Source: Eimeria praecox (taxonomy: Eukaryota). Taken from it: a DNA stretch of 64,000 bases. Below the pieces are notes generated by a model that searched no databases, was not told where the DNA came from, and worked only from the letters and a program-made list of their open reading frames with translations. Made by a program: the position numbers and the translations under genes. The stretch lies in the NCBI GenBank assembly GCA_963920595.1, contig OY986947.1:930001-994000 (forward strand). Reading direction: 5' to 3'. This document shows, piece by piece, positions 63,657 to 64,000 of this stretch (positions are counted from its first letter, which is position 1; each line of letters opens with the position of its first letter).

Positions 63657-64000
63657 GAAGATGATGATGGAGATCAGACTAGCAGCTGCAGCAAAACAAT
63701 TCTGTCGCTAAGAGGAAGACAGCTTCTATCTCCCTCAGCAGCAGCAGCAGCAACTATATCACCACACCCACCACCACCACCACCATCAGCAGCAGCAGCA
63801 GCAGCAGCAGCAGGAGGAGGAGGAGTAGGAGCAACAGCAACAGGAGCAACAGAAGGAAGCATCAGTTTATATTTTGGTGCTGCTTGCGATATGTGGTGTT
63901 TAGGTTGTCTCTTCTTTGAGTTGCTTACGGGGGAATCGCTCTTTGCTGCTGATGCTTCCTTCTTCTCCCGAATTCGCGGGCTTAAACCGATCCTCAGCAG
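51927..64000 (+). CDS. Very large (>3300 aa) Ser/Thr protein kinase-domain protein, 3' truncated by the window
   Basis: Model: 51927-55843, 56109-57014, 57403-57904, 58195-61537, 62219-62307, 62823->64000, phases consistent. Kinase motifs: IGRGMFGQV (Gly loop), LAFK, YEEV (alphaC Glu), HFDLKCSNVLL, ADFGE, RGTEVNKSPEML, CDMWCLGCLFFELLTG. The kinase call is firm; linkage of the 5' exons is less certain. Confidence 0.8.

Overview
Eukaryotic, intron-rich DNA with the repeat signature of an Eimeria-type coccidian (Apicomplexa): pervasive CAG/CTG triplets encoding poly-Q/A/S tracts, interstitial telomere-like (AAACCCT)n arrays, TGCATGCA motifs and TA microsatellites. There is a 200-N gap at 2632-2831. 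Most ORF-track entries are antisense or off-frame reads of triplet repeats. Manual splicing with phase checks gives PEX5 (minus, 16 exons, one apparent GC-AG intron), a CobW/ZNG1-family GTPase, the ribonucleotide reductase small subunit, proteasome beta-1/beta6, thioredoxin reductase with the apicomplexan CGGGKC tail, and a very large non-RD protein kinase that runs off the window. Weaker calls are a TMEM18-like protein and a RAP-like fragment. The most interesting candidates are: (i) a predicted GPI-anchored protein with a Cys pattern like an s48/45 (6-Cys)/SRS domain; (ii) a large protein with three tandem Cdc48/p97 N-domain-like repeats and no visible ATPase; (iii) a strand rule for telomeric arrays in introns, with inverted C-strand/G-strand pairs bracketing 9 of 15 PEX5 introns; (iv) a GTGTA..CAG motif fused to several splice acceptors. 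All family assignments come from motif recognition by eye; no searches were run.
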